Under the pieces are notes generated by a model, which did not search any database, had not been told where the DNA came from, and saw nothing but the letters and a program-made list of their open reading frames with translations. From NCBI GenBank assembly GCA_046290465.1, contig JBKAGP010000001.1:1792001-1856000 (forward strand): a DNA stretch of 64,000 bases, written 5' to 3'. Made by a program: the position numbers and the translations under genes. Below, piece by piece: positions 45,426-56,129 of the stretch (position 1 is its first letter; each line of letters begins with the position of its first letter). This stretch comes from Planctomycetota bacterium (GTDB lineage Bacteria > Planctomycetota > UBA1135 > UBA2386).

Positions 45426-46264
45426 GCCTGCCTCCGACAGAACTCCGTGACCACGGCGGTCATCGCCTGCGCGGCGCCGCGGCCGGCCTCGATGACCTCG
45501 TCGTGGGACAGCGGCTGGTCCGAGATCCCCGCCGCGAGGTTGGAGATCAGCGACATGCCGCATACCTCCGCAGCCATCGCGCGCAGCGCGATCGCCTCGT
45601 GCACCGTGCTCATGCCCACGGCATCGGCTCCGAGCGTGCGCAACATGCGCACTTCCGCAGGAGTCTCGTACGAAGGGCCGAGCAGGCCCGCGTAGACGCC
45701 CTGCTGCAGCCCCCGAGGCAGACCCTGGCCGCAAGCCAGCAGCTGCGCGCGCAGCTCCCGCGAGTAGACGGCGCTCATGTCCGGGAAGCGCGGCCCGAAG
45801 ACCTGGTCGTGGCCGCCGATCAGCGGCGACTGGCCGGTCAGGTTGAGGTGGTCGGTCAGCACCATCAGGTCCCCCGCCGACAGCTCCGCGCCGATGCCGC
45901 CGGCCGCGTTGGTCAGCAGGAACCTCGCGACCCCCAGGCGCCGCACGGTGCGCACGCAGCGCACCACCTCGGCCGGCGACCAGCCCTCGTAGAGGTGCAC
46001 GCGCCCGGTCAGGCACGCGACCCCGACGCCCGCGATCCGGCCGAACACGACCGCGCCGCCGTGGCCCTCGACCTTCGGCCGCGGCCAGTCCGGCACGTGG
46101 CCGAACGGGATCTCGACGCGGTCCTCGAGCACGTCGGCGAACGTCTTGAGGCCGCTGCCGAGCACCAGGCCGAGGCGCACCTCGGCGAGCACCGATGCGT
46201 CGATGCGCGCCGACAGCCAGGTCGCCGCGCGGTCGATGCGCTGCAGTTCTTCTTGCGGATTCAT
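45422..46264 (-). CDS. punA: Purine nucleoside phosphorylase
   Basis: LVLGSGL, GRVHLYEG, TNAAGG, GPSYETPAE and GADAVGMSTVHE motifs. Confidence 0.95.
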   Translation of the reverse strand: MNPQEELQRIDRAATWLSARIDASVLAEVRLGLVLGSGLKTFADVLEDRVEIPFGHVPDWPRPKVEGHGGAVVFGRIAGVGVACLTGRVHLYEGWSPAEVVRCVRTVRRLGVARFLLTNAAGGIGAELSAGDLMVLTDHLNLTGQSPLIGGHDQVFGPRFPDMSAVYSRELRAQLLACGQGLPRGLQQGVYAGLLGPSYETPAEVRMLRTLGADAVGMSTVHEAIALRAMAAEVCGMSLISNLAAGISDQPLSHDEVIEAGRGAAQAMTAVVTEFCRRQA

Positions 46265-47502
46265 GCGGAGGCGGGAGCCGACAGCACGCCGGCGACACAG
46301 GCGGTCATGCAGGTGGCGATCGCGCCGGCGAACATCGCGCGCAGGCCGATCTTGGCGAGGTCGCCGCGGCGCTCGGGCGCCATCGCACCGAGCCCACCGA
46401 CCTGGATCGCGACGCTGCCGAAGTTGGCGAAGCCGCACAGCGCGAAGCTCGCGATCAGCGCGGTGCGTTCGCTGATCTGGTTCTGCTCGATCATCGGACC
46501 GAGCTTGCCGTAGGCGACCAGTTCGGTGACCGCGATCTTGGTGCCGAGCAGTTCGGCGAGGATCGGGATCTCGCTGGCCGGCACCCCCATCACCGCGGCG
46601 ATCGGATAGAAGACGATCGCCAGCGCCCCCTCCACCGACCAGTCGGCGTGGACCAGGCCGAGCGCCGCGTTCATCACCGCGACCAGGCCGAGGAACGCGA
46701 TCAGCATCGCGCCGACGTTGAGCGCCAGCTTGAGGCCGTCGCCGGCGCCGCCCGCGGCCGCCTCGACGACGTTGCCGTAGGGCGACGTCTCGACCTTGCT
46801 GATCGTGCCCATGGTCTGGCTCTGCTCGGTCTCCGGCCACAGCATCTTGGTGCAGACCAACCCGGCCGGGACCGCCATCACCGAGCCGACCATCAGGTGG
46901 CCGGCGTCGACGCCGAAGCCGACGTAGAGCGCGAACACGCCGCCGGCGATGGTCGCGAAGCCGCCGACCATGATCGCGTGCAGTTCGCTCATGGTCATGT
47001 CCTTCAAGAACGGCTTCACCAGCAGCGGCGCCTCGGTCTGGCCGACGAACACGTTGCCGCACGCCGACAGCGACTCGCTGCCGGACGTGCCCAGCAGCCG
47101 CACCATCACCCACGCCATCTGGCGCACGATCCACTGCATCACGCCGAGGTGGTAGAGCACGGCCATGAAGCTGCTGAAGAAGATCAGCGTCGGCAGCACC
47201 ATGAACGCGAACACGAAGCCCTTCTCGGCGCCGAACACCTGGCGGACCTCGCCGGGCTCGGCGAGCGCGCCGAACACGAACGAGCTGCCGATCTGCGACA
47301 GCTCGAGGAACTCCTTCACCCGATCGGCGACGTAACGCAACGCCTCGTTGCCGGTGCTCCAGTACAAGAACGTGAGGCCGAGCACCGCCTGCAGCAACAG
47401 GCCGGTGCCGACGAGCCGCCACTTGATCGCCCTGCGATCGCGCGAGCACGCGAAGCAGACGGCGAGCATGGCCAGGATGCCGCAGAAGGAGACGAACTGC
47501 AT
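46261..47502 (-). CDS. nupC: NupC/CNT family nucleoside transporter
   Basis: FVFG, VLPTLIFFS, NVFVGQTEAP, GFATIAG and FALCGFANFGS motifs. Confidence 0.93.
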   Translation of the reverse strand: MQFVSFCGILAMLAVCFACSRDRRAIKWRLVGTGLLLQAVLGLTFLYWSTGNEALRYVADRVKEFLELSQIGSSFVFGALAEPGEVRQVFGAEKGFVFAFMVLPTLIFFSSFMAVLYHLGVMQWIVRQMAWVMVRLLGTSGSESLSACGNVFVGQTEAPLLVKPFLKDMTMSELHAIMVGGFATIAGGVFALYVGFGVDAGHLMVGSVMAVPAGLVCTKMLWPETEQSQTMGTISKVETSPYGNVVEAAAGGAGDGLKLALNVGAMLIAFLGLVAVMNAALGLVHADWSVEGALAIVFYPIAAVMGVPASEIPILAELLGTKIAVTELVAYGKLGPMIEQNQISERTALIASFALCGFANFGSVAIQVGGLGAMAPERRGDLAKIGLRAMFAGAIATCMTACVAGVLSAPASA

Positions 47503-47595
47503 CGGCGGCGATCGTAGGCACGTATCGCCGCCCACGCCCGTCGTTTTCGGCGCGGCCCGGTGGCGCGCTTGTGCCGCTGCCCGTCGGCCGCGAAC

Positions 47596-48459
47596 ATGGA
47601 CGCGACCGTTCGGCGGCTCGATGTCCGACGCCGCCGAGTGGCAGGCCTGCCATTGAGCGAACCCGAGCATCCCCGATCACCGACCGGCGCCGCCGCGCGC
47701 CGGCTGGCCAGCGGCCGCCGCGACCTGCTCATCGAGGAGGCGCCGCTGCTGCTCGACGTGCACGGCCAGCAGCTGTTGACGATGCGCACGCCGGGCCGCG
47801 ACGAGGACCTCGCGCGCGGCTTCCTGCTCGGCGAGGGCATCGTGCGTTCGGTCGACGAGATCGTCGCGATCGCGTGCACCGCCGGCGACGAACGGGATCC
47901 CGCGACGGCGCGCGTGCAGCTGACGGCGCAGCCCGCCGGGCTCGCCAAGGCGCGGCTGGCGCGCACCCACGAGATCCGCAGTTCGTGCGGCGCCTGCGGC
48001 ATCGCCGACCCGCAAGCCCTGCTCGACGACGCGCCGGCGCTGCTGCCCGGCGTGCCGCGGCTCGCCGCAACCACGCTGACCACGCTGACGGCCGAGCTAA
48101 CCGCGAGGCAGCAGCTGTTCGCGCTGACCGGCGGTTGCCACGGCGCCCTGCTGGCGACCGCCGATGGCACCGTCGTCGCCAGCGGCGAGGACGTCGGCCG
48201 CCACAACGCGCTCGACAAGGCGATCGGCGAGGCTGCCCACAAGGGCGTAGCGCTTTCGGAATGCATCGCGGTGCTCTCGGGCCGCGCCGGCTTCGATCTG
48301 GTCGTCAAGTGCCTGCGGACCCGGATCGCGGTTATCGTCTCGGTCTCGGCGCCGAGCGCCCTGGCCTTCGACCTGTGCGAAGCCGCGGGCGCGACCCTGG
48401 TCGGCTTCGTGCGCGGTGACCGCCACGAGGTCTACTGCGGCGCCGAACGCCTCCGCTGA
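47596..48459 (+). CDS. fdhD: Formate dehydrogenase accessory sulfurtransferase
   Basis: MRTPG, SSCGACG, TGGCH, EDVGRHNALDK, SGR and SAPS motifs. Confidence 0.93.
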   Translation: MDATVRRLDVRRRRVAGLPLSEPEHPRSPTGAAARRLASGRRDLLIEEAPLLLDVHGQQLLTMRTPGRDEDLARGFLLGEGIVRSVDEIVAIACTAGDERDPATARVQLTAQPAGLAKARLARTHEIRSSCGACGIADPQALLDDAPALLPGVPRLAATTLTTLTAELTARQQLFALTGGCHGALLATADGTVVASGEDVGRHNALDKAIGEAAHKGVALSECIAVLSGRAGFDLVVKCLRTRIAVIVSVSAPSALAFDLCEAAGATLVGFVRGDRHEVYCGAERLR

Positions 48460-48470
48460 ACGGACCTCCC

Positions 48471-48920
48471 TTGCAAGCACTGCGCACGATCCTGCTGACC
48501 CTGTCGCTGCTGGCCACCGCAACGGCCCAGGACGCCGCACCGCCGGAGAACCCGGCGCTGCGCTACCAGACGATCTTCTGGTCGACGGTCGCCGCGTTCG
48601 GACTCGGCGCCGCGATCCTGCTGTGGCGCATGCACGCGCTGCAGGTCGCCGCCCACCGCGAGCAGCGCGAAGGCAACGCGCGCCTCGAGCAGGCACTGTC
48701 GCAGGTGCGCGAGCTGCGCGGCCTGCTGCCGATCTGTGCCCACTGCAAGTCGATCCGCGACGACGCCGGCTACTGGCACCGCATCGAGGCCTACCTGACA
48801 CAGCACTCCAAGGCGTCGCTGTCGCACGGCATCTGCCCCACCTGCGCCGACGACCACTACCCCGAGCTGGGCATTGACGCCGAGACCGGGCAGCCACCGA
48901 TGGACCGCGAGGCCGGCTAG
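48471..48920 (+). CDS. Small membrane protein with Cys/His (Zn-binding-like) C-terminal domain
   Basis: Signal peptide, TM, then LRGLLPICAHCKSIRDD.GYW..IEAYL..SHGICPTC. Confidence 0.78.
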   Translation: MQALRTILLTLSLLATATAQDAAPPENPALRYQTIFWSTVAAFGLGAAILLWRMHALQVAAHREQREGNARLEQALSQVRELRGLLPICAHCKSIRDDAGYWHRIEAYLTQHSKASLSHGICPTCADDHYPELGIDAETGQPPMDREAG

Positions 48921-49003
48921 CGGGCAAAGCCCCGTCCGCAAGCGTACACGCCGCTTCCGCGATCACGGTTGGCAGCGCGTCCACGTCATGGACGCGCTCC
49001 TGA
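48917..49003 (+). repeat. 87-bp dispersed element, copy 3
   Basis: Same sequence; hairpin loop variant CGTCA; right end CCTGA. Confidence 0.92.
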
Positions 49004-49012
49004 CGACGCACG

Positions 49013-49990
49013 TCAGCGCTTCGGCGCCGGCGCGTCGGCGACGCAGCGGAAGCCGGTGTGGCAGAGCGACGTGTCCGGCGTCGACTTCATCCGCGTGCCC
49101 GGCAGGTAGCCGAGGCAGTAGACGTCGCTGCACAAGAACGACCCGCCGCGCATGACCCGCTTCTGGGCACCGGGCTCCTGCGGGTCATGGCTGCGCGCCG
49201 GGCCCTTCGGATCGACGAGCACCTGCTTGCCGTCGCCGTAGCCGCGCGGGTGGTACCAGTCCTGGCACCACTCCCAGACGTTGCCGGACATGCCGTAGAG
49301 GCCGTAGCCGTTGGCGGCGAACGAACGCGCCGGCGCGGTCGCCTCGTAGCCGTCGGCGGCGGTGTTGTTCTGCGGGAAGTCGCCGTTCCAGATGTTGGCC
49401 GGCAGCTTGCCGCCCACCTTCTGCTCGCTGCCCCACACGTAGCGCTTGCGGTCGAGGCCGCCGCGCGCGGCGAACTCCCACTCGGCCTCGGTCGGCAGGC
49501 GCTTCTTGGCCCACTTGGCGTAGGCGGTCGCGTCCCGCCAGCTGACGTGCACGACCGGGTGCTTGCCGAGCCCGTCGAGCGACGATCCCGGCCCGGTCGG
49601 GTGCTGCCAGTCGGCGCCGGGCACGAACGACCACCACTGCCAGAACTCGCGCAGGTCGACCGCCTCGGGCGGCGGCGTGAACACCAGCGAACCCGCCACC
49701 AGCAGGTCCTCGGGCACGCCCGGCACCTCCTCCTTGGTCGGCTTGCGCTCGGCGTCGGTGACGTAGCCGGTCGCCAGCACGAAGGCGCGGAACTGGTCGT
49801 TGGTCACCTCGGTGCGGTCCATCCAGAACCCCGACACCTTGACCCGGTGCAGCGGCGCATCCCAGTCGCCGTTCTGGCTGCCGAGCGTGGCCTCGCCGCC
49901 GGCGACCCAGACCATGCCGGCCGTCGACGGCCCGGCCTGCTGGGCGCACACCAACGACGTCAGCAGGACGAACGGCACGAGGCTTCGCAT
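49013..49990 (-). CDS. Formylglycine-generating enzyme (SUMF1) family protein
   Basis: EVTN..F, HPVVHVSW.DA, RLPTEAEWEFAARGG, GNVWEW and RGGSFLCSDVYC motifs. Confidence 0.93.
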   Translation of the reverse strand: MRSLVPFVLLTSLVCAQQAGPSTAGMVWVAGGEATLGSQNGDWDAPLHRVKVSGFWMDRTEVTNDQFRAFVLATGYVTDAERKPTKEEVPGVPEDLLVAGSLVFTPPPEAVDLREFWQWWSFVPGADWQHPTGPGSSLDGLGKHPVVHVSWRDATAYAKWAKKRLPTEAEWEFAARGGLDRKRYVWGSEQKVGGKLPANIWNGDFPQNNTAADGYEATAPARSFAANGYGLYGMSGNVWEWCQDWYHPRGYGDGKQVLVDPKGPARSHDPQEPGAQKRVMRGGSFLCSDVYCLGYLPGTRMKSTPDTSLCHTGFRCVADAPAPKR

Positions 49991-50093
49991 GCCGCCATCG
50001 TCGCCCGGCCCGCGCCGCGCGGCAACCGTCGGGGCCGCGGCACGGCAGATCCCCCCAGCGCCAGATTGCGCGGGTGGCAGCCCCCCGACCGGC

Positions 50094-51983
50094 CTAGCCT
50101 TCGGTCCGGTTGCTGAACAGCGCCGGCGTCGCGCCGCGGTAGTCGAGCCAGCCGATCCAGACGCGCGCGCTGTCGACCAGCAGCTGCGGCAGGTCCTGCG
50201 CAGCGGTGCCGTCGCCGAACGTGACCGGCGGCGTGAACGTCACGCCGAGGTCGACCGAACTCGCGAACTTGATCCGGCCCGGACCCGTGCCACCGCCGAC
50301 CAGCCCGCCGCGCCACGCGGCAAACAGGTAGTTGCCGCTGGCCTGCAGCGCCGGCCGCGACGGCGACTCGACCGTGTCGCTGAGCGTCACGTGCTCGGGC
50401 AGGGCGCCGGCGCCGCCGATGCGCGAGAACGCGACGTTCTGGCCGGCCAGGTAGGCGGCGAACAGGCGATCGCCCTCGCAGACCACCGTCACGTCGAAGA
50501 TCGTGCCGATGTCGTTGGGTCGGAACACCGACGGCAGCGTCGGCCAGCCGAGCGCCGAGTTCTCGGAGATCATGTACTGCAGCTGGCCGTCGCGCACCCA
50601 GACCAGGTTGACGCGCGCGCCGTCGTTGCAGAGCGAGATGTCGCCGATGCCGATGCTGACCGCGCTGCGCAGCACGCCCGCCGTCCAGAGGATGCCGCCG
50701 TCGGTCGAGCGCGACGTGTAGACGCCTGGACCGGTGCCCGGCGCCGAACCGAACGCGATCCAGGCAGCCGTCTGGTTGCAGCCGATCGCGTGCATCTCCT
50801 GGTTGGCGCCCTGCTCGCTGACCACGCCCCCGGTCTGCCAGACCCCGCCGTTGTTCGGCGTCGAGGTCGCGTGCACGCGCTGCTGGCCGAGGCCGAACGA
50901 GCCCTGCAGCCAGGCGCAGTAGACCCGCGAGCCGGCGCGCGCCAGGCGCGGCCGCGACACGGTCGCGCCGCCCGCAGCGGGATTGAGCGTCACCGCCGCG
51001 TCGAACGTCTGGCCGCCGTCGAGAGAGGCGCGGGCCAGCATGTCGGTGCCGTTGCCGACCCAGGCGACCACCAGCTCGTCGCCGAGCATCGAGATCTGCG
51101 CCGCGCTCGGCACCTCGCCGCTGCTCAGCGTCTGCGGCGCCGACCAGGTCGCACCGCCGTCGATCGAACGCTGGTGCACCAGCGCGCCTGCCTCGACCCA
51201 GACGGCCTGCAGCGTCGCGCCTTCGTTGGCGGTCACCAGCTGCGAGCCGGCCCCCGCGTCGAGCGCGACGTCGGCGGCGAACAGGTCGACCGGGTACTGG
51301 TACATCGTGAACGCGTTGCCGGGCAGCGCGTCGCTGCCGAACGCGTTCTGCACGCCGACCGAGTTGGCGCCGAGCAGGCCCGGCGACGGCGTCGTGCAGG
51401 TCAGCGTGCTGTCGTTGACGACCGTGACGTCGCCTGCTGCCGCACCCCCGAACGACGCGGTGGTATTGACCGCGTTGCCAAGCAGCAGCGACGTGCCGGT
51501 GATGGTCGCGCCCTGCGGCGCGCTGACGAACGCGCTGCTCGGCGTGACCCCGGTGATGGTCGGCGCACCGCTGCGCACGAACAGGATGTCGATCGCCGCA
51601 GCGCCGCCGCGCGGATCCTCGACCAGCAGGTTGAGCGACGCCGAGGCCGGCGCGGCGACCGCGGCCAGGTCGATCGTGAACGTCGGCCCGGTCACCGGCG
51701 AAGCGAACGTCAGCCCGGCCGCGGTCTGGGCACTGCCGCTGACCGCGACGTTCCAGGTCAGCGTGTCCGCGTTCGGGTCGGTGGCCGTGAACGTCAGCGA
51801 GTCGGTCGCGCCGGTCGCGAGCACGTAGTTGAACTGCACCGGACCGCCGCTGAGCCCTGGCGCGGGCGCCAGCAGCGGCGGGTCGTTCGGCTCGGCGGGC
51901 GGCTCGCCGCCACCACCACCACCACCGCCGCCGCAGGCGGTGAGCACGAACAGGGACGCGAGCGCGATCGGAAGAGGACGCAT
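50094..51983 (-). CDS. Lipoprotein with IPT/TIG domain and BNR/sialidase-like propeller
   Basis: LTAC lipobox plus poly-G; PTITGVTPSS..ITGT (IPT); Asp-boxes SIDGGATW, SLDGGQTF, STDGGILW, SVDLGVTF. Confidence 0.8.
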   Translation of the reverse strand: MRPLPIALASLFVLTACGGGGGGGGGEPPAEPNDPPLLAPAPGLSGGPVQFNYVLATGATDSLTFTATDPNADTLTWNVAVSGSAQTAAGLTFASPVTGPTFTIDLAAVAAPASASLNLLVEDPRGGAAAIDILFVRSGAPTITGVTPSSAFVSAPQGATITGTSLLLGNAVNTTASFGGAAAGDVTVVNDSTLTCTTPSPGLLGANSVGVQNAFGSDALPGNAFTMYQYPVDLFAADVALDAGAGSQLVTANEGATLQAVWVEAGALVHQRSIDGGATWSAPQTLSSGEVPSAAQISMLGDELVVAWVGNGTDMLARASLDGGQTFDAAVTLNPAAGGATVSRPRLARAGSRVYCAWLQGSFGLGQQRVHATSTPNNGGVWQTGGVVSEQGANQEMHAIGCNQTAAWIAFGSAPGTGPGVYTSRSTDGGILWTAGVLRSAVSIGIGDISLCNDGARVNLVWVRDGQLQYMISENSALGWPTLPSVFRPNDIGTIFDVTVVCEGDRLFAAYLAGQNVAFSRIGGAGALPEHVTLSDTVESPSRPALQASGNYLFAAWRGGLVGGGTGPGRIKFASSVDLGVTFTPPVTFGDGTAAQDLPQLLVDSARVWIGWLDYRGATPALFSNRTEG

Positions 51984-52114
51984 GGCTGTGGCACCTTAGC
52001 CCGCATGCGAACGCGCGTTTCCGCTCACGGCCGCTTTTTTGCGGCCGCCGCGGCGCTCGGGACCCCATCCGCCGGCGACATCGGCGCTTCGCCGCCGCGC
52101 CGGATGCGCCGCCG

Positions 52115-52669
52115 TCAGACGGTCTGCACCGGCCCCGGACTCACCGCGAGCACCGCCGCCAGGTGGGCGGCCAGCGTCGACTCGAGCGCGTGCAGCGCGC
52201 GGGCCTGCGGCAGCAGGCTCTCGCTCGCCTCGTCGAAGATGCAGGCGGTGATCGCACCGCGCACGTACTCGACCAGCGCGCGCGCCGGCGCCTCCATGCC
52301 GAGCCGGTCCGGGCCGGTGCCGCACAGCAGCGGCAGCCACTGCGTCGCCGCCTGGTGGCAGGTCGACGCGTCGGCGCGGCCCTCGCAGATAGTCAGCAGC
52401 CACGAACGCGCGGCGCGGCGGCGGCGGTTGAGCACCGACAGCTGGATCGGCTGCGGGCGCAGCGCCTTCTCGTTGTGGCGGGCGATCGTCCGGTCGACGA
52501 CGCTGCGCACGACGTGCGGCAGGCGCGGTTCGAACGCGCGCTGCAGTTCGGCCACGCCGCGGGCATCGGGCCCTCGCCCGGGCGACGACGGTGCTGCGGG
52601 CTCGAGATACAGGAACGGGCGCGGCTCGCGGCTCGCCGTCGTGTCCGGATACGTCTCCGACTTCGTCAT
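52115..52669 (-). CDS. Hypothetical helical protein, possibly globin-like
   Basis: Follows pabC on the same strand; all-helical pattern. Confidence 0.6.
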   Translation of the reverse strand: MTKSETYPDTTASREPRPFLYLEPAAPSSPGRGPDARGVAELQRAFEPRLPHVVRSVVDRTIARHNEKALRPQPIQLSVLNRRRRAARSWLLTICEGRADASTCHQAATQWLPLLCGTGPDRLGMEAPARALVEYVRGAITACIFDEASESLLPQARALHALESTLAAHLAAVLAVSPGPVQTV

Positions 52670-52702
52670 GCCGACGCTATCGGCGCGATCGGGCCCGCGG
52701 CT

Positions 52703-53479
52703 TCAGCCCGCCGTCGCCTGCCGCCACAGCGCGCCGAGGCCACTGTCGACGATCTCGACAGCGGCCAGCTCGCCGAGCAGGCACGCGGGCCGCGGACCGT
52801 AGACGGCGTTGCTGTGCGCGATCGCGTCGGCGCGGTGCAGATCGGCCAGGGTCACGGCCCGTTCTTCGCACCGAAGCCCGGCGTCCCGCGCCCGTTCGAG
52901 CAGCAGCTGGCGGGCGATGCCGGGCAGCACCCGGCCGTCGAGCGGCGGCGTGACCCAGACGCCGTCGAGCCGCAGCCACAGGTTGCCGAGCGCCGCCTCG
53001 AGCACCGCGCCGTCGAGGCCGACCACGATGCCGTCGTCGGCCTCGCCGTCCTGCGCCTGCTGGCGGACCTGGTCGTAGAAGCGCCGCGGCTCCGCCTTGA
53101 CGTCGCCCGGCGGCGCGTCGTGCGGCCGTTCGACGATCGTCGGCAGCAGCTTGACGGTGCGGATCGGCGAGCGCGCGCGCGAGCTGAGCACCACGCGCAC
53201 CGGGCCGGCCGACGCGTCGTCGTCGGGCACCAGCGACAGCCGCAGCACGTCGTCGGCGTGGCCGTTCTTGAGCAGCACCTCGGCGGCCGCCGCGCGCAGC
53301 TCGGGCGTCGGCGCGAACGGCAGGCCGAGGCGCCGCGCGGTGCCGACGAGCCGGTCGAGGTGGCGCGACCACAGCGGCACGTCGCCGTCGTGCGCCCCCA
53401 TCGTCTCGAACGGGGCGATCGCCTTGCTGCGCGGCACGGTCGAGCCGCCCTGCAGTTCGCCGTCTATCCAGATGGTCAT
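52703..53479 (-). CDS. pabC: Class IV aminotransferase / aminodeoxychorismate lyase-like
   Basis: FETM, HLDRL, LEAALGN..TPPLDG.VLPGIAR motifs; downstream of pabB. Confidence 0.8.
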   Translation of the reverse strand: MTIWIDGELQGGSTVPRSKAIAPFETMGAHDGDVPLWSRHLDRLVGTARRLGLPFAPTPELRAAAAEVLLKNGHADDVLRLSLVPDDDASAGPVRVVLSSRARSPIRTVKLLPTIVERPHDAPPGDVKAEPRRFYDQVRQQAQDGEADDGIVVGLDGAVLEAALGNLWLRLDGVWVTPPLDGRVLPGIARQLLLERARDAGLRCEERAVTLADLHRADAIAHSNAVYGPRPACLLGELAAVEIVDSGLGALWRQATAG

Positions 53480-53552
53480 GGGTTCCAGATGGTCAGGGGT
53501 TCCAGATGGTCAGGAGTTCCGGATGGTCAGGGGTTCCGGATGGTCAGGGGTT
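53468..53552. repeat. 5 x 17-bp tandem repeat spanning the pabB stop and pabC start
   Basis: CC(A/G)GATGGTCA(G/T)G(G/A)GTT units at 53468, 53485, 53502, 53519 and 53536. Confidence 0.95.
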
Positions 53553-54742
53553 GGGCTCCGCGGGGATCTGCACCCGGTTCTGCAGCGCGCGCTCCAGACC
53601 GACCATCTTCGCCAACGACTCGCGCCATTCCAGGTGCGGGTCGCTGAGCGCCGTGATGCCGCCGCCGGCGTTGCCGCGCACGGTGCCGTCGCGGTGCACG
53701 AGCGTGCGGATGGCGATGTTGAGGTGCATGCGTTCGCCCGGGCCGAACCAGCCGATCGCGCCGGTGTAGACGCCGCGCCGCGCGACCTCGAGCGACTCGA
53801 GGATCTCGAGGCAGCGCAGCTTCGGGCAGCCGGTGATCGAGCCACCGGGGAACGTCGCGCGCAGCAGGTCGACCGCCGACACGCCGTCGCGCAGCGTCGC
53901 GGTCACGGTCGCGAACAGATGGTGCACCTGCGCGAACGACGCGTGCTGCGGGAACGGCCCCACCTGCACGGAGCCGGTCCGCGCGACCTTGCCGAGGTCG
54001 TTGCGCAGCAGGTCGACGATCATCGCCAGCTCGGCCTGGTCCTTCTCGCTGTCGAGCAGTTCGCGCAGCAGCGCCGCGTCGCGGTCGGGCTGCTCGCCGC
54101 GCGGTCGCGTGCCCTTGATCGGCAGCGTGCGCACGGCATCGCCGTCACGCCACAAGAACTCCTCGGGCGAGCTCGACAGCACCGCGGTGCCGTGGCCGTC
54201 CTCGACGTAGGCGGCGAACGGTGCCGGGCTCTGTTCGCACAGCCGCCAGAACAGCGCGCGCGGGTCGCCGTCGAAGCGGCCGGTGAACGGCTGCGTCAGG
54301 TTGGCCTGGAAGATGTCGCCGGCCCGGATGTGCTCGACCACCGCCGCGACCCGCCGTTCGTAGTCGGCGCGGCCGACGTGCGCGATCAGCCCGGTCGCGG
54401 CCGGCACCGCGGGCGCGCCGGCGGCCGTCGCGTCGGCGAACTCCTGCACGTCGGCGAACGCCGTCAGGTGCACCAGCGGCGCCCCCAGGTCGTCGGCGAT
54501 CGTCGTCGGCCACGCCTCGACGTCGAGGCCAAGGTCGTAGCCGAGCCAGCCGACCACGCGCCGATCCCGGTGCGCGCGCAAGAACGCGTCGACGCGATCG
54601 AAGGCCCCGCGCCAGTCGCCGGCCGCGATCGTCAGCGACGCGACCGGGTGGGTGCAGAGCCAGGTCGGCCCGACGCCGCCGCCGTGCAGCAGCGCGACCG
54701 GGCCGTCGCGCCGTGCTGCGAGCAGCGCGTCGAACGGCCGGT

Positions 54743-54746
<4 letters not shown>
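53544..54746 (-). CDS. pabB: Aminodeoxychorismate synthase component I
   Basis: GDIFQANL, SSSPEEF, PIKGTRPR, MIVDLLRNDL, FPGGSITGCPK and NIAIRT motifs. Confidence 0.9.
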
Positions 54747-55529
<783 letters not shown>

Positions 55530-55537
<8 letters not shown>

Positions 55538-56102
55538 CGTTCTGCTCGCCTTCCGGGTTGCGTTCCTGACGCGGGCGCAGCTCGACGCGCTGGATCTCGA
55601 CGCGCTCGGTCGGCACGCTCTGCTCGCCGCCGGGACCGAACTCGCACGGGATCGACGCGATCTCGTCGAGTACGTCGAGGCCGTCTTCGACCTTGCCGAA
55701 CACCGTGTACTGGCCGTCGAGGAAACCCGCGTCGCCGTGCACGACGAAGAACTGCGAGCCGGCCGAGTTGGGATCCTGGGCGCGCGCCATCGACAGGATG
55801 CCGCGCTCGTGGTGGATGTCGTTGAACTCGGCGGGGACGTTGTAGCCCGGGCCGCCGGTGCCCGGCGTGCCGGTGGCGCCCTGCTTGCTGTTCGGGCAAC
55901 CACCCTGGATCATGAAGTTGCGCACGATCCGGTGGAACGCGGTGCCGTCGTAGTAGCCGTCCTGCGAGAGCTTCAGGAAGCTCTTGACGTGCTGCGGCGC
56001 CTGTTCGGGGAAGAACGTCACGACCATCGTGCCCTTGTCGGTGACGAGGGCGGCCTCGATGGTCGCGTGATCGGTCGTTTCGAGGTCCATGGAGCGGGAC
56101 AT
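55530..56102 (-). CDS. Cyclophilin-type peptidyl-prolyl isomerase (cytoplasmic)
   Basis: FHRIVRNFMIQGG, LSMAR..DPNSAGSQFF and YTVFGKV motifs. Confidence 0.95.
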
Positions 56103-56129
56103 CGTGCCCGCTCCGGCCCCTTCAGGCGA

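Noticed and set aside
53468..53552. 17-bp repeats as a CRISPR array
   Set aside because: Units are directly adjacent with no unique spacers, are too short, and no cas genes are present.
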